Numbered from the stretch's first letter, positions 1-7,319 are shown. The stretch: 20,259 bases of DNA from an uncultured Candidatus Saccharibacteria bacterium (GCA_964428135.1 CAYRXD010000018.1:1-20259), one strand, 5' to 3'. Notes: generated by a model not told the origin, from the sequence alone. Numbers and translations: made by a program.

Positions 1-382
1 TTCCCGCAAACACGGTAAGATGATACGTTGTGTTTTCGTATGAACCCGTATCCGCCCCGAAAACAACCGGCATGATGGTTTCTGCGCCCGGCACATTTTC
101 TTTCTTGCTCAAAAGTTCAAGGTCTTTATTCTTCAAAGAGTCCGTAAACATCTGCGCCACATCCGCCGGCCCCGTCGGTTGCCGCCCCGGAATGATGGCG
201 ATAGTCTTCGAGCCAATCCCTTGCACCGCCCCGAGAATCAATCTTTGCGCTCCCTGTCCGAGCGAGATGATAAGGATAATGGAAGTCACCCCGATAACGA
301 TACTGAGCATGGTAAGCGCCGACCGCGATTTGTTCACGGCAATGCTCTTTATGGCGGTTTTGAAAAGGTGTTTCGGGTGCAT
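1..382 (-). CDS. ABC transporter permease, MacB/FtsX family; N-terminal part only, gene continues beyond window start
   Basis: Not in the ORF track because it has no stop inside the window. Manual translation of the minus frame from ATG at 382..380 is open down to nt 2 (no in-frame TTA/CTA/TCA triplets on plus). It reads MHPKHLFKTAIKSIAVNKSRSALTMLSIVIGVTSIILIISLGQGAQRLILGAVQGIGSKTIAIIPGRQPTGPADVAQMF... This is a basic N-tail, a hydrophobic TM1, then the start of a periplasmic domain, the usual architecture of MacB/FtsX-type permeases. It lies 21 nt downstream of the RhuM gene on the same strand. Confidence 0.7.
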   Translation of the reverse strand, partial: MHPKHLFKTAIKSIAVNKSRSALTMLSIVIGVTSIILIISLGQGAQRLILGAVQGIGSKTIAIIPGRQPTGPADVAQMFTDSLKNKDLELLSKKENVPGAETIMPVVFGADTGSYENTTYHLTVFAG

Positions 383-403
383 GATGTTATAGTCGAAAGT
401 CTC

Positions 404-1405
404 CTACTTCGTTTGTCGCTTCCTTTTAGCGCTTTCAATCGCTTTCAGTGCCGCCTCGTCAAAATCAATATCCTCCGCCGCTTCTCTTTTTTTGTATTCG
501 CTGAAATTCTTTTCGGCGATTTCCGCCGCCAGTTCATGCGATATTTTTCCGGCATCTTTCAGGATGTTTCTGTCGTTGATGATTAAAAATCCGTGAAGTT
601 TTTCCAGCCAATCATTCATCGTCATCGGTATTCGCCGACGCGCCTGTTCCGCGGCAAACACCAAATACTGTTCCACCAAGGCGTTAAGCTGCGCTATCTC
701 TTCCTTGTTGTAATAATTTTTTGCAATAAGAACTTCTTCTTTTGTCGGTTTATTTCCTCTCCAATTCGTCAGCCCGAGATTCTTTTTCCCGCTGTCAATC
801 CGCTCGACGACAATTTCCGCCGCGGTGTTTCCCGTAACAGCATAATGGACTTTATTTTGCACCGTCTTAAAAAACAAAACGCTCTGATCGTCTGCCGGGT
901 CATAATCAACGCTGGTCGCATAAATATCGGTAATTTTTCTGTAAAATCTTTTTTCACTCGCGCGGATGTCCGCGATGGTTCGTTCAAGTTCTTCAAAATA
1001 ATCAAACGGCACATCGGGATTTTTCAGCCGTTCAACATCCAGCACAAAACCTTTCACGATATATTCCGAAAGACGTTTGGTTGCCCACTTGCGGAAAGCC
1101 GTACCTTGAGATGATTTCACTCGGTAGCCCACGGCGATGATGACGTCTAAATTGTAGTATTTTACAAGATATTCTTTACTGTCTGTACCAGTTCGTCGGA
1201 ATTCCCGACATACTGAATCCGAGATGAGTTCACCCTCTTCAAAAATATTTTGAATGTGCTCGGTAACAGTAGATCTGCCTTTTCCATACAAAGTGGCTAT
1301 CATGTCTTGAGTAAGCCAAACGGTATCGCCGTCAAAGCGAACATCAATCTTGACATTCCCGTTCCGATCTTTGTATATGACGATTTGTGAGTTTAGATTT
1401 TCCAT
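404..1405 (-). CDS. RhuM-family protein (Virulence_RhuM domain, putative DNA-binding)
   Basis: ORF track 404..1435. The N-terminus IVIYKDRNGNVKIDVRFDGDTVWLTQDMIATLYGKGRSTVTEHIQNIF matches what I recall of RhuM-family N-termini. Start placed at the second ATG (1405, MENLNSQIV...), because the first ATG (1435) lies inside palindrome P1 and overlaps the upstream ORF. Confidence 0.75.
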   Translation of the reverse strand: MENLNSQIVIYKDRNGNVKIDVRFDGDTVWLTQDMIATLYGKGRSTVTEHIQNIFEEGELISDSVCREFRRTGTDSKEYLVKYYNLDVIIAVGYRVKSSQGTAFRKWATKRLSEYIVKGFVLDVERLKNPDVPFDYFEELERTIADIRASEKRFYRKITDIYATSVDYDPADDQSVLFFKTVQNKVHYAVTGNTAAEIVVERIDSGKKNLGLTNWRGNKPTKEEVLIAKNYYNKEEIAQLNALVEQYLVFAAEQARRRIPMTMNDWLEKLHGFLIINDRNILKDAGKISHELAAEIAEKNFSEYKKREAAEDIDFDEAALKAIESAKRKRQTK

Positions 1406-1418
1406 AAAGTTATTAAAG

Positions 1419-1676
1419 TTATTGCGGCATGACATGAATCATTTTCGTGACACCACGAAAATGATTCATGTGGTGTTTTTGGGGTTCGCTCACATGAGCG
1501 AAGTGCGAATCTATTTTTTGCCCGCTGTTCTTGCAAGATTCTTTCGCCCGCTCAATCGCCGGTAAAAATTTCCCATACTCGGTGTACCCAAGCAATTTAT
1601 ACAAATCCCGCGCACTCCAAAACTCCTGTCCGTGTTCGTTCACCTTTTTTATCTGTTCAAAAATGTTGTTTGGCAT
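1419..1676 (-). CDS. DinD-like / Bro-N-like N-terminal domain protein, probably truncated (85 aa)
   Basis: The N-terminal 65 aa (NEHGQEFWSARDLYKLLGYTEYGKFLPAIERAKESCKNSGQKIDSHF) resemble the N-terminal domain of DNA-damage-inducible protein D as I recall it; full DinD is about 270 aa. The last 19 codons are read straight through palindromes P2 and P1 before a stop, so the C-terminus is unlikely to be native. Confidence 0.5.
   Translation of the reverse strand: MPNNIFEQIKKVNEHGQEFWSARDLYKLLGYTEYGKFLPAIERAKESCKNSGQKIDSHFAHVSEPQKHHMNHFRGVTKMIHVMPQ
1434..1502. repeat. Two adjacent perfect palindromes: P1 16-bp arms (1434-1449 / 1454-1469, spacer ACAC) and P2 8-bp arms (1485-1492 / 1495-1502, spacer CA)
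   Basis: Read directly: ATGAATCATTTTCGTG-ACAC-CACGAAAATGATTCAT and TTCGCTCA-CA-TGAGCGAA. Both lie at the 3' end of the DinD-like ORF and the 5' edge of the RhuM gene. Confidence 0.9.
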
Positions 1677-1688
1677 AAAATTTAAAAT

Positions 1689-2408
1689 TTATTTTTTAAA
1701 TCCAACCCTCGCCTGCTTCCGATGCGCCGCTTTCTCGTCCTTCTCTATCTCCCCGTCTTTCATGTGCAAAATGCGCTCTGCGGTTTCGGCGGCAGAGGTT
1801 TCGTGAGTGATGAGGACGATGGTGCGGCGGTCTTTTTCGTTCAGGTCTTGAAGAATTTCCATGATGGCTTGCCCCGACTTTGAGTCAAGGTTCCCTGTGG
1901 GTTCGTCCGCAAAAATCACTTGCGGATCGGTGACGAGGGCGCGAGCGATGGCGGCGCGCTGTTTTTCTCCGCCGGAGAGTTCCGAAGGCTCGTGGTCGGC
2001 ACGGTGTTCGAGTCCGACATCTTTGATGGCTTTCATGGCAATAGCATGCCATTTGTCTTCGGGAATATCCGAATACACGAGAGGGAGAACGACGTTGTCG
2101 TACACGCTCGTACGGGGAAGAAGGTTGAATGCTTGAAATACAAACCCCATTTTTTTATTGCGGATGCTTGCGACTTCGGATTCTTCATAATCGTCCATTT
2201 TCTTGCCGTCAAAAAGATACTCGCCGGAAGTCTGCCCGTCAAGAAACCCAAGAATGTGCAGGAGGGTTGATTTGCCCGAACCGGAGGGACCCATAATCGC
2301 CACAAACTCTCCCGCTTCAATTTCAAAAGATACGCCGCGGAGCGCGACTGTGGCACTGTCACCGTCTGCGTATTTCTTTTTAAGATTTTTTACTTCAATA
2401 ATGGACAT
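1689..2408 (-). CDS. ABC transporter ATP-binding protein (MacB/LolD/FtsE-like ATPase, no fused permease)
   Basis: Walker [13 protein letters not shown] signature LSGGEKQR, Walker [14 protein letters not shown]-loop ITHE; 239 aa. Confidence 0.9.
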   Translation of the reverse strand: MSIIEVKNLKKKYADGDSATVALRGVSFEIEAGEFVAIMGPSGSGKSTLLHILGFLDGQTSGEYLFDGKKMDDYEESEVASIRNKKMGFVFQAFNLLPRTSVYDNVVLPLVYSDIPEDKWHAIAMKAIKDVGLEHRADHEPSELSGGEKQRAAIARALVTDPQVIFADEPTGNLDSKSGQAIMEILQDLNEKDRRTIVLITHETSAAETAERILHMKDGEIEKDEKAAHRKQARVGFKK

Positions 2409-2572
2409 AATGGGGATTTATAATTTCTTATTTTACTATGTGCTAATTATAGCTTTTTTGTAAACGAAATAAAATTTGACCCACGGATCAAATAATGTTA
2501 TGTTCTTCTTTGAGAAGTCGGGGGGTACTCTGACTTTGTTCTTTGTTAAAAACTACTACCAAAAGGCGTAAA

Positions 2573-3124
2573 ATGAATACCGATTTAGTACCACGCACAA
2601 AAACGAACACTCTGAAACAATTCTCAGTTCTTCATGAGCAGATACAGGCGTTAGACCTTGAGGCAATCAAATTCAAACTCGTATTTGATTCTCATGGCGC
2701 ACCATGGAGCGTCGAAAAAGTTACGCAGATTGAACTTTTGTATAAACGCTTTCTTGTTTTGGTGGGGAAACACCCCGACAAGCATATCGTGCCTTTTTCT
2801 GAAGATGTCGATGCATTTTGGCATTGCCATATCCTTGACACGGGAAAATATGCGCACGATTGCATGAATATTTTTGGGAGGTTTATACATCACTTTCCTT
2901 ATCTTGGATTGCGGGGTGAAGAAGATTTACAATTTGCACAGAAAAGCTTTGCGGAAACCTGCTCTCTTTACGAACAGGAGTTCGGTGTTTCTCTTACATC
3001 CACAATATCCATGGATGTCGGTTGTACCAATTGCGCCCCGGTACCTTCTTGTAGCGGCGACCCAAGCCCGACAATAGACCAAAAGCGCCCATCACTAAAA
3101 GAACACCTTGCTCAGTTACACTAA
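2573..3124 (+). CDS. DUF1399 / glycine-rich-domain-containing-protein-like (GRDP-like) family protein with Cys-rich C-terminal tail
   Basis: The motif DAFWHCHILDTGKYAHDC resembles the W-H-C-H-x-L-x-P-x-x-Y-x-x-D-C core I recall from plant GRDP / DUF1399 proteins. The C-terminus VGCTNCAPVPSCSGDPSP is Cys-rich. The ORF track starts at a TTG (2543); I prefer the ATG at 2573, which has AAGG 6 nt upstream. Divergent from the ABC ATPase gene. Confidence 0.55.
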   Translation: MNTDLVPRTKTNTLKQFSVLHEQIQALDLEAIKFKLVFDSHGAPWSVEKVTQIELLYKRFLVLVGKHPDKHIVPFSEDVDAFWHCHILDTGKYAHDCMNIFGRFIHHFPYLGLRGEEDLQFAQKSFAETCSLYEQEFGVSLTSTISMDVGCTNCAPVPSCSGDPSPTIDQKRPSLKEHLAQLH

Positions 3125-3166
3125 AAAACGAGTAATCAGGTAAAAACGAAACAACAGTTTAACTTC

Positions 3167-3199
3167 AAACCTCACGATAATCTTATCGTGAGGTTTTTT
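3167..3199. terminator. Bidirectional intrinsic terminator between the convergent DUF1399 and S9 peptidase genes
   Basis: AAACCTCACGATAA-tc-TTATCGTGAGGTTT hairpin followed by TTTTTT on the plus strand. It sits directly after both convergent stop codons. Confidence 0.65.
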
Positions 3200-4094
3200 A
3201 TGCGCCGTGAGGTGTAACGTTCGGGAGCGGTTTTTCTTTTACCAAATAGTCATCAAACCATTGTTTGATAAGATTTTCCGCTTCTTTTTTGTTTTCGGTT
3301 AGCCCGTGATCATTCCCCTCAAACAAAACGAGTCTGTGAGGAATCTTGTGTTCATAAAGTATTTTAGAGAGGTCGACGGAATCAAGAGGGCTTACTCTCC
3401 AGTCAGACAAGCCGTGCATCAGGAGAAGCGGCGTTTTTTTAGGAAAGAGGTGCGCCCAAAACACCGCTGATCTTTTCTTTTTTTCAGCCAAAGAACCGCC
3501 GAACATTGTTTTCATCGTGTCGTTCATGCCCGGTCTTTCTTTTGCGTTTCTTACCAGATTGGAAAGACCGTATACGGAAACCGCCGCCTTAATCCATTTT
3601 ACTTTCGCTAGCGACAAGTAGAGCATCATGCCGCCGCGGCTTCCTCCGTACATGCCGATTTTTTTCATATCAGCCAACGGGTGTGTTTGCAATACTTTGT
3701 ATAAATTCAAAACATCATCCAAGTCCTTCCCCCCGAATTCATCAATTCCTCCGCTTCCGCCGTTACCGGAATACTGAGTGGTAATGACTATATAGCCCCA
3801 CTGTGCCATTCGCGCCATGGGTAAAAATAAGGTTGCGGAATTAATTGAGCCGAATTCCCCCGAGCCGCCGCGGTTATAAATAATACACGGGAGCTTACCG
3901 GGAGCAGGGGTTTTGGGCTCAACGATAAAGCCGACGACTTTATGCCCGCCGGATTTATATACTATTCTCTTCACAACAACATTCTTGCTGTTTTGTTCAG
4001 CTTGTTGTATTGCTACAGCACTATAAACAGCCGATATTTTTTCTTTACTATCTTGAAACAAAATTTCTTCGCTTGAGAGAACGATATTTTTCAT
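3198..4094 (-). CDS. S9-family serine peptidase / alpha-beta hydrolase, catalytic domain only
   Basis: Nucleophile elbow GGSRGG (GxSxG), HGxxD-type Asp (HGLSDWRV) and C-terminal His (NDHGL) in the order typical of the prolyl-oligopeptidase / acylaminoacyl-peptidase catalytic domain. 298 aa, no beta-propeller. Confidence 0.8.
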   Translation of the reverse strand: MKNIVLSSEEILFQDSKEKISAVYSAVAIQQAEQNSKNVVVKRIVYKSGGHKVVGFIVEPKTPAPGKLPCIIYNRGGSGEFGSINSATLFLPMARMAQWGYIVITTQYSGNGGSGGIDEFGGKDLDDVLNLYKVLQTHPLADMKKIGMYGGSRGGMMLYLSLAKVKWIKAAVSVYGLSNLVRNAKERPGMNDTMKTMFGGSLAEKKKRSAVFWAHLFPKKTPLLLMHGLSDWRVSPLDSVDLSKILYEHKIPHRLVLFEGNDHGLTENKKEAENLIKQWFDDYLVKEKPLPNVTPHGA

Positions 4095-4117
4095 ATATTT
4101 TTGTGTTTATTCGTGTC

Positions 4118-5695
4118 TTATTTATTTGTCGGCACAACAACCTGCTCTCCCTCCGAAAGTCCCGAGACGATTTCCACGTATCCATCCGAACCGCGGAGTC
4201 CGGTTTGAACGGGGACATCGGTAACAATCGCGTTTTCAAGCACTTGCGCAAATACTGAATTTTCTTTTCGTATCAGCTGGCGTTGCGGCAACGCCAAACG
4301 CCCTAGTTTTTGTTCTGTGAGAATATCTATATTGGCGGTCATGCCGGATTTAATCCGCGCATCGTTTCCGCGAAACTGAAATGTCGTTTTGTAGGTCGCC
4401 ACTCCTTCAATGAGCGTTTCGGCGGGATCGATGGAAACAATTGTTGCCGGGAATATCACAGTATCGCCATAAGCATCAAGCGTCGTGGAAGCATTGTCGC
4501 CGATATGTATCTTTGCAATATCCGCTTCGGGAATAAATGCCTCGATCTCAAGATTCGATTGTGAAATAATGGAAAAAAGCGGCACATTCGGTGAAACAAT
4601 CTCGCCCTGTTTTATATCCTGCCGGGTAATCGTGCCGGAGATCGGCGCACGAAGAAGGAATTTCGCCGCTTCCGCTTCAAGAGAACGGATGCTCGCTTGC
4701 ACCTGCGCAATCACTGCTTCCTGGACGGAGACGGTGTTTATTTCTGTCGGTGCCTTTTTGAACGCCAAAGTTGACTCTTCAAGGGTCACATTCGATTCAG
4801 CAACGCGAAACGACTGTTCAGCGGAATCAAGTGCGGAAAGCGCGGTATTTATATTCGTTCGCACGGTTGAAATATCCGTTTTGTACCCGTCTATTGCGGC
4901 TTGCGTAATGTTCGAACCGGGTACCGCAACAGAAAGGGCAAGCGCAGCTTTATCCAAGAACGTTTTAATGGTTCCAAGACGTTCTTTTATCGCCGCCAGA
5001 GCGCTCGCGTCTGCCGTCTCCGTTTCCACACCCCAAACGGCAAGCATTTTTTCGATGTCCGCCCGGCTGGTCTCAAACGCGTTTTGGAGTTTGAAGTCGT
5101 TCAAAGAAAGGGTGATTTGAGGATTCGCGCTGCGGGGATTGGTGAAAAACTTGTCCGCTTTATTGCGAATGGCATCGTCTGACTTCGTGTATGCATCGTC
5201 CATTACGGTCAGCAGACTTTTCTTGGTGTTCTCAAACGCGATTTTTGCATTCGCTACCTTGGTTTTTTGTACGTCTATTTCCTCGCTCCGCGTCCCCTGT
5301 TTGAGCTGCCTCAGTTTTGCTTCTTCGGAAAGTAAGCGTGCTTTCGCTTCATCGATTTTTGCCACTGCGTCTGCATTCTCAAGTTCCGCAAGCACGCTTC
5401 CCGCTTGTACGCGGTCTCCGACCTTCACATAAACGCGCGACACGCGCCCGCCCCTCTCGAATGCCAAACTCGCCTCAGCCGAGGGCTTCACCCGCCCGGT
5501 CACGCTCACTTCCTGTTTTATATCCCGCCGTTCCACTGCCACGAACTCATAGACAGGCGGCTTCGGACGCAGATAATGTGCCGCCGCACCCCCTGCGAGA
5601 AGTACTATGACAAGAAATATGAAAATAGCTTTATGGCGGCGAAAAAAGGATTTTGTCATATCTATAATTATGCTCTTTTTCCTCCTCTTTATCAA
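4118..5695 (-). CDS. HlyD-family periplasmic adaptor (MacA-like membrane fusion protein) of a tripartite efflux system
   Basis: N-terminal signal-anchor (FIFLVIVLLAGGAAA), long coiled-coil middle region, C-terminal beta-barrel / lipoyl-like motifs (ISGTITRQDIKQGEIV, ANIDILTEQKLGRLALPQRQL). The ORF-track start is a TTG at 5695; an alternative ATG at 5659 (MTKSFFRRHK...) is equally plausible. Confidence 0.8.
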   Translation of the reverse strand: MIKRRKKSIIIDMTKSFFRRHKAIFIFLVIVLLAGGAAAHYLRPKPPVYEFVAVERRDIKQEVSVTGRVKPSAEASLAFERGGRVSRVYVKVGDRVQAGSVLAELENADAVAKIDEAKARLLSEEAKLRQLKQGTRSEEIDVQKTKVANAKIAFENTKKSLLTVMDDAYTKSDDAIRNKADKFFTNPRSANPQITLSLNDFKLQNAFETSRADIEKMLAVWGVETETADASALAAIKERLGTIKTFLDKAALALSVAVPGSNITQAAIDGYKTDISTVRTNINTALSALDSAEQSFRVAESNVTLEESTLAFKKAPTEINTVSVQEAVIAQVQASIRSLEAEAAKFLLRAPISGTITRQDIKQGEIVSPNVPLFSIISQSNLEIEAFIPEADIAKIHIGDNASTTLDAYGDTVIFPATIVSIDPAETLIEGVATYKTTFQFRGNDARIKSGMTANIDILTEQKLGRLALPQRQLIRKENSVFAQVLENAIVTDVPVQTGLRGSDGYVEIVSGLSEGEQVVVPTNK

Positions 5696-5726
5696 ATCTA
5701 AAAATTATGATATATTCATGTAATCA

Positions 5727-5797
5727 CGGGATGTAGTATACCGGTAGTACGCGCGATTCGGGTTCGCGTAGACCGAGTTCGATTCTCGGCATCCCGA
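5727..5797 (+). tRNA. tRNA-Pro (anticodon CGG)
   Basis: Hand-folded cloverleaf. Acceptor CGGGATG / CATCCCG (7 bp, C1-G72, A73 discriminator). D-stem GTAT/GTAC. Anticodon stem CGCGA/TCGCG with loop TTCGGGT (anticodon CGG, G37). T-arm CCGAG-TTCGATT-CTCGG. CCA not encoded. Confidence 0.85.
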
Positions 5798-5808
5798 TTC
5801 ATTAGACC

Positions 5809-5872
5809 TTATTTTGACAAGCGAGGTCGGAGTGAAAACAAGTTTTCACTCCGACCTCGCTTGTCAAAATAA
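5809..5872. repeat. Perfect inverted repeat with 31-bp arms and a 2-nt spacer, immediately 3' of tRNA-Pro
   Basis: TTATTTTGACAAGCGAGGTCGGAGTGAAAAC-AA-GTTTTCACTCCGACCTCGCTTGTCAAAATAA, no mismatches. No U-run follows on either strand. Confidence 0.9.
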
Positions 5873-5907
5873 AGCGAAGATCTCGACAAAGACGACTCGC
5901 GTTATAC

Positions 5908-5997
5908 TTCTCCCTCCTTCTTCTTCGGAGCAATGCCATTCAATACCAAAAGCTTTTCAAAATCGGCGCGTTCGATGGTTTCTACGCGGATGAGTTC
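5908..5997. repeat. 90-bp direct-repeat copy A: near-identical duplicate of the last 90 coding bp of ftsH (copy B = 7404..7493)
   Basis: Aligned by eye: 5908-5997 vs 7404-7493 are identical except for 1 mismatch near the 5' edge. Similarity ends abruptly at 5997/5998 and 7493/7494. Confidence 0.85.
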
Positions 5998-6006
5998 GGC
6001 GAAAAT

Positions 6007-6327
6007 TTATTCTTCAAGCAGCGTAGGAATATCTTGCGCGGAGTGAATAATACGAATTATTTCTAAATACTTTCCTTTTTGGGTTTGGCGGTAAAAGATG
6101 AGATACTTGCCAAAATCTCTTATCGGCAAAACGCGCATACCATCAATCCGCACATCGGTATCTTTATACTGTTTCCCGACAAACGGCATGTCAGCGACTA
6201 TCTGTGCGGTTTCGATAAATGAGGAAATAAATTTCCCTGCCGCATCTCGATTGTCTTCTGCAATATGCCGAGCATGAACAAAAAGGTCTTGTTCGGCTTT
6301 ATCAGAAAGGTAAAATGCTCGTTTCAT
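6007..6327 (-). CDS. parE: Type II toxin, ParE/RelE family
   Basis: MKRAFYLSDKAEQDL...YLIFYRQTQKGKYLEIIRIIHSAQD matches the ParE/RelE toxin fold signature. Start moved to the internal ATG (6327) to remove a 46-nt overlap with the upstream antitoxin, leaving an 11-nt gap, typical of TA operons. Confidence 0.8.
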   Translation of the reverse strand: MKRAFYLSDKAEQDLFVHARHIAEDNRDAAGKFISSFIETAQIVADMPFVGKQYKDTDVRIDGMRVLPIRDFGKYLIFYRQTQKGKYLEIIRIIHSAQDIPTLLEE

Positions 6328-6338
6328 AAGAGGCGCGG

Positions 6339-6596
6339 TTATTTTTTGATGCTTTTCAAAAGTTTCTGCTCCAATACTTTCCATTCCTTTTCGCCGATTT
6401 TTCGCGATTTCGAACTCACGCCTTCCAGCAAAAGCGCGTGTATGCGGTCTTTTTCCTGCTGTTTGATGTCCTCGCGCACAAGACTCCGAACGTAATCGCT
6501 CGGGGTTCCATAGTGTTCTTCTTTTACGCGCCTCTTAATGTGTTCCTTCATTTCTTTAGGAAGCGACACGCTCATGGTTGCTGTTTTCGTAGTCAT
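6339..6596 (-). CDS. parD: Type II antitoxin, ParD-like (ribbon-helix-helix)
   Basis: TMSVSLPKEMKEHIKRRVKEEHYGTPSDYVRSLVREDIKQQEK matches the ParD antitoxin N-terminal RHH consensus (TSVSL...Y.S.SE..R..LR). 85 aa, immediately upstream of parE. Confidence 0.8.
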   Translation of the reverse strand: MTTKTATMSVSLPKEMKEHIKRRVKEEHYGTPSDYVRSLVREDIKQQEKDRIHALLLEGVSSKSRKIGEKEWKVLEQKLLKSIKK

Positions 6597-6628
6597 AATA
6601 TTTGTGAATTATTGCGATTTATTGTTAC

Positions 6629-6656
6629 AGTATATTCTTTTCCGAGAAATCGTCAA
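6629..6656 (-). promoter_or_regulatory. Putative sigma70-type promoter for parDE (TTGACG-16-TATACT)
   Basis: On the minus strand, TTGACG (6656..6651), a 16-nt spacer, TATACT (6634..6629), about 30 nt upstream of the parD ATG. Confidence 0.4.
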
Positions 6657-6929
6657 ATTACTAGATTCACGTACACGCTCACCGTTTAGCTCTTGTCCGG
6701 CGGTGAATTATTATACCACACTTTTTTGATTTATATGGGGTCCCCATTACCTGACCCCATTACCCACGTCGTCTTCCTCGCGAATGCGGGGAACCAGAAA
6801 ATAGCGCCTAAAATCTGGATTCCGTGTCAAGCACGGAATGACGAGGCGTGAGGAGATCTCTCAGTTACTTGACAAAAGATTTAAAATACGATAGTCTGAA
6901 AAACAGGCATAACTTTATGAGGAAAGGCT

Positions 6930-7298
6930 GTGGAAATATACACCGTACCAAATCCCGATTCGCATGAATGGGGAAAAGAACTCGCTAAAACTTTTACCGG
7001 AGAAACCCCGCTCACGGAAATGGTCTTTGAAATACTAGAAAGCAAAAGAGTCGGGCCATTTTGGATTGTTTTGTCGGAAAAAGAAGAAGCTTTTGTTATT
7101 GAGGCCGCAAAGAAATTCATAATGAGAGAGCCCTCTGCTTGGCTTTTGCAATTTTTTCTTGGAAAAATTATTCATGGGGACGACCACTATATATGCGGGA
7201 GATCGGTTTTTGTTTCCTTCATAAACACAGAGAGTCGGCTACCGACGAATGAAAAAACAATTTGCAGGCTGGCTATATGGGTTGATACAAACAAATAG
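6930..7298 (+). CDS. Hypothetical protein (122 aa), GTG start
   Basis: Open frame with AGGAAAGG SD-like sequence just upstream of the GTG. A TTGACA-17-TAGTCT promoter-like sequence lies about 50 nt upstream. Followed by a strong terminator. No family recognised. Confidence 0.5.
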   Translation: MEIYTVPNPDSHEWGKELAKTFTGETPLTEMVFEILESKRVGPFWIVLSEKEEAFVIEAAKKFIMREPSAWLLQFFLGKIIHGDDHYICGRSVFVSFINTESRLPTNEKTICRLAIWVDTNK

Positions 7299-7319
7299 CA
7301 ATATATTTATATTACAACG

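Noticed and set aside
30-392. 120-aa plus-strand ORF at the window start
   Set aside because: It lies antisense to a much better minus-strand frame that encodes a recognisable MacB/FtsX permease N-terminus; its amino-acid composition is not protein-like.
1350-1565. 71-aa plus-strand ORF spanning palindromes P1/P2 that superficially resembles DinD (HFRDTTKMIHVVFLG)
   Set aside because: The resemblance is a mirror-image artefact of the palindromes, which encode nearly the same peptide on both strands. The ORF overlaps the RhuM start and the DinD-like ORF on the other strand and has no upstream expression signals.
4485-5120. 211-aa plus-strand ORF, with further ORFs through 5701
   Set aside because: Antisense to the HlyD adaptor gene; Ala/Ser-rich low-complexity translation typical of a shadow frame.
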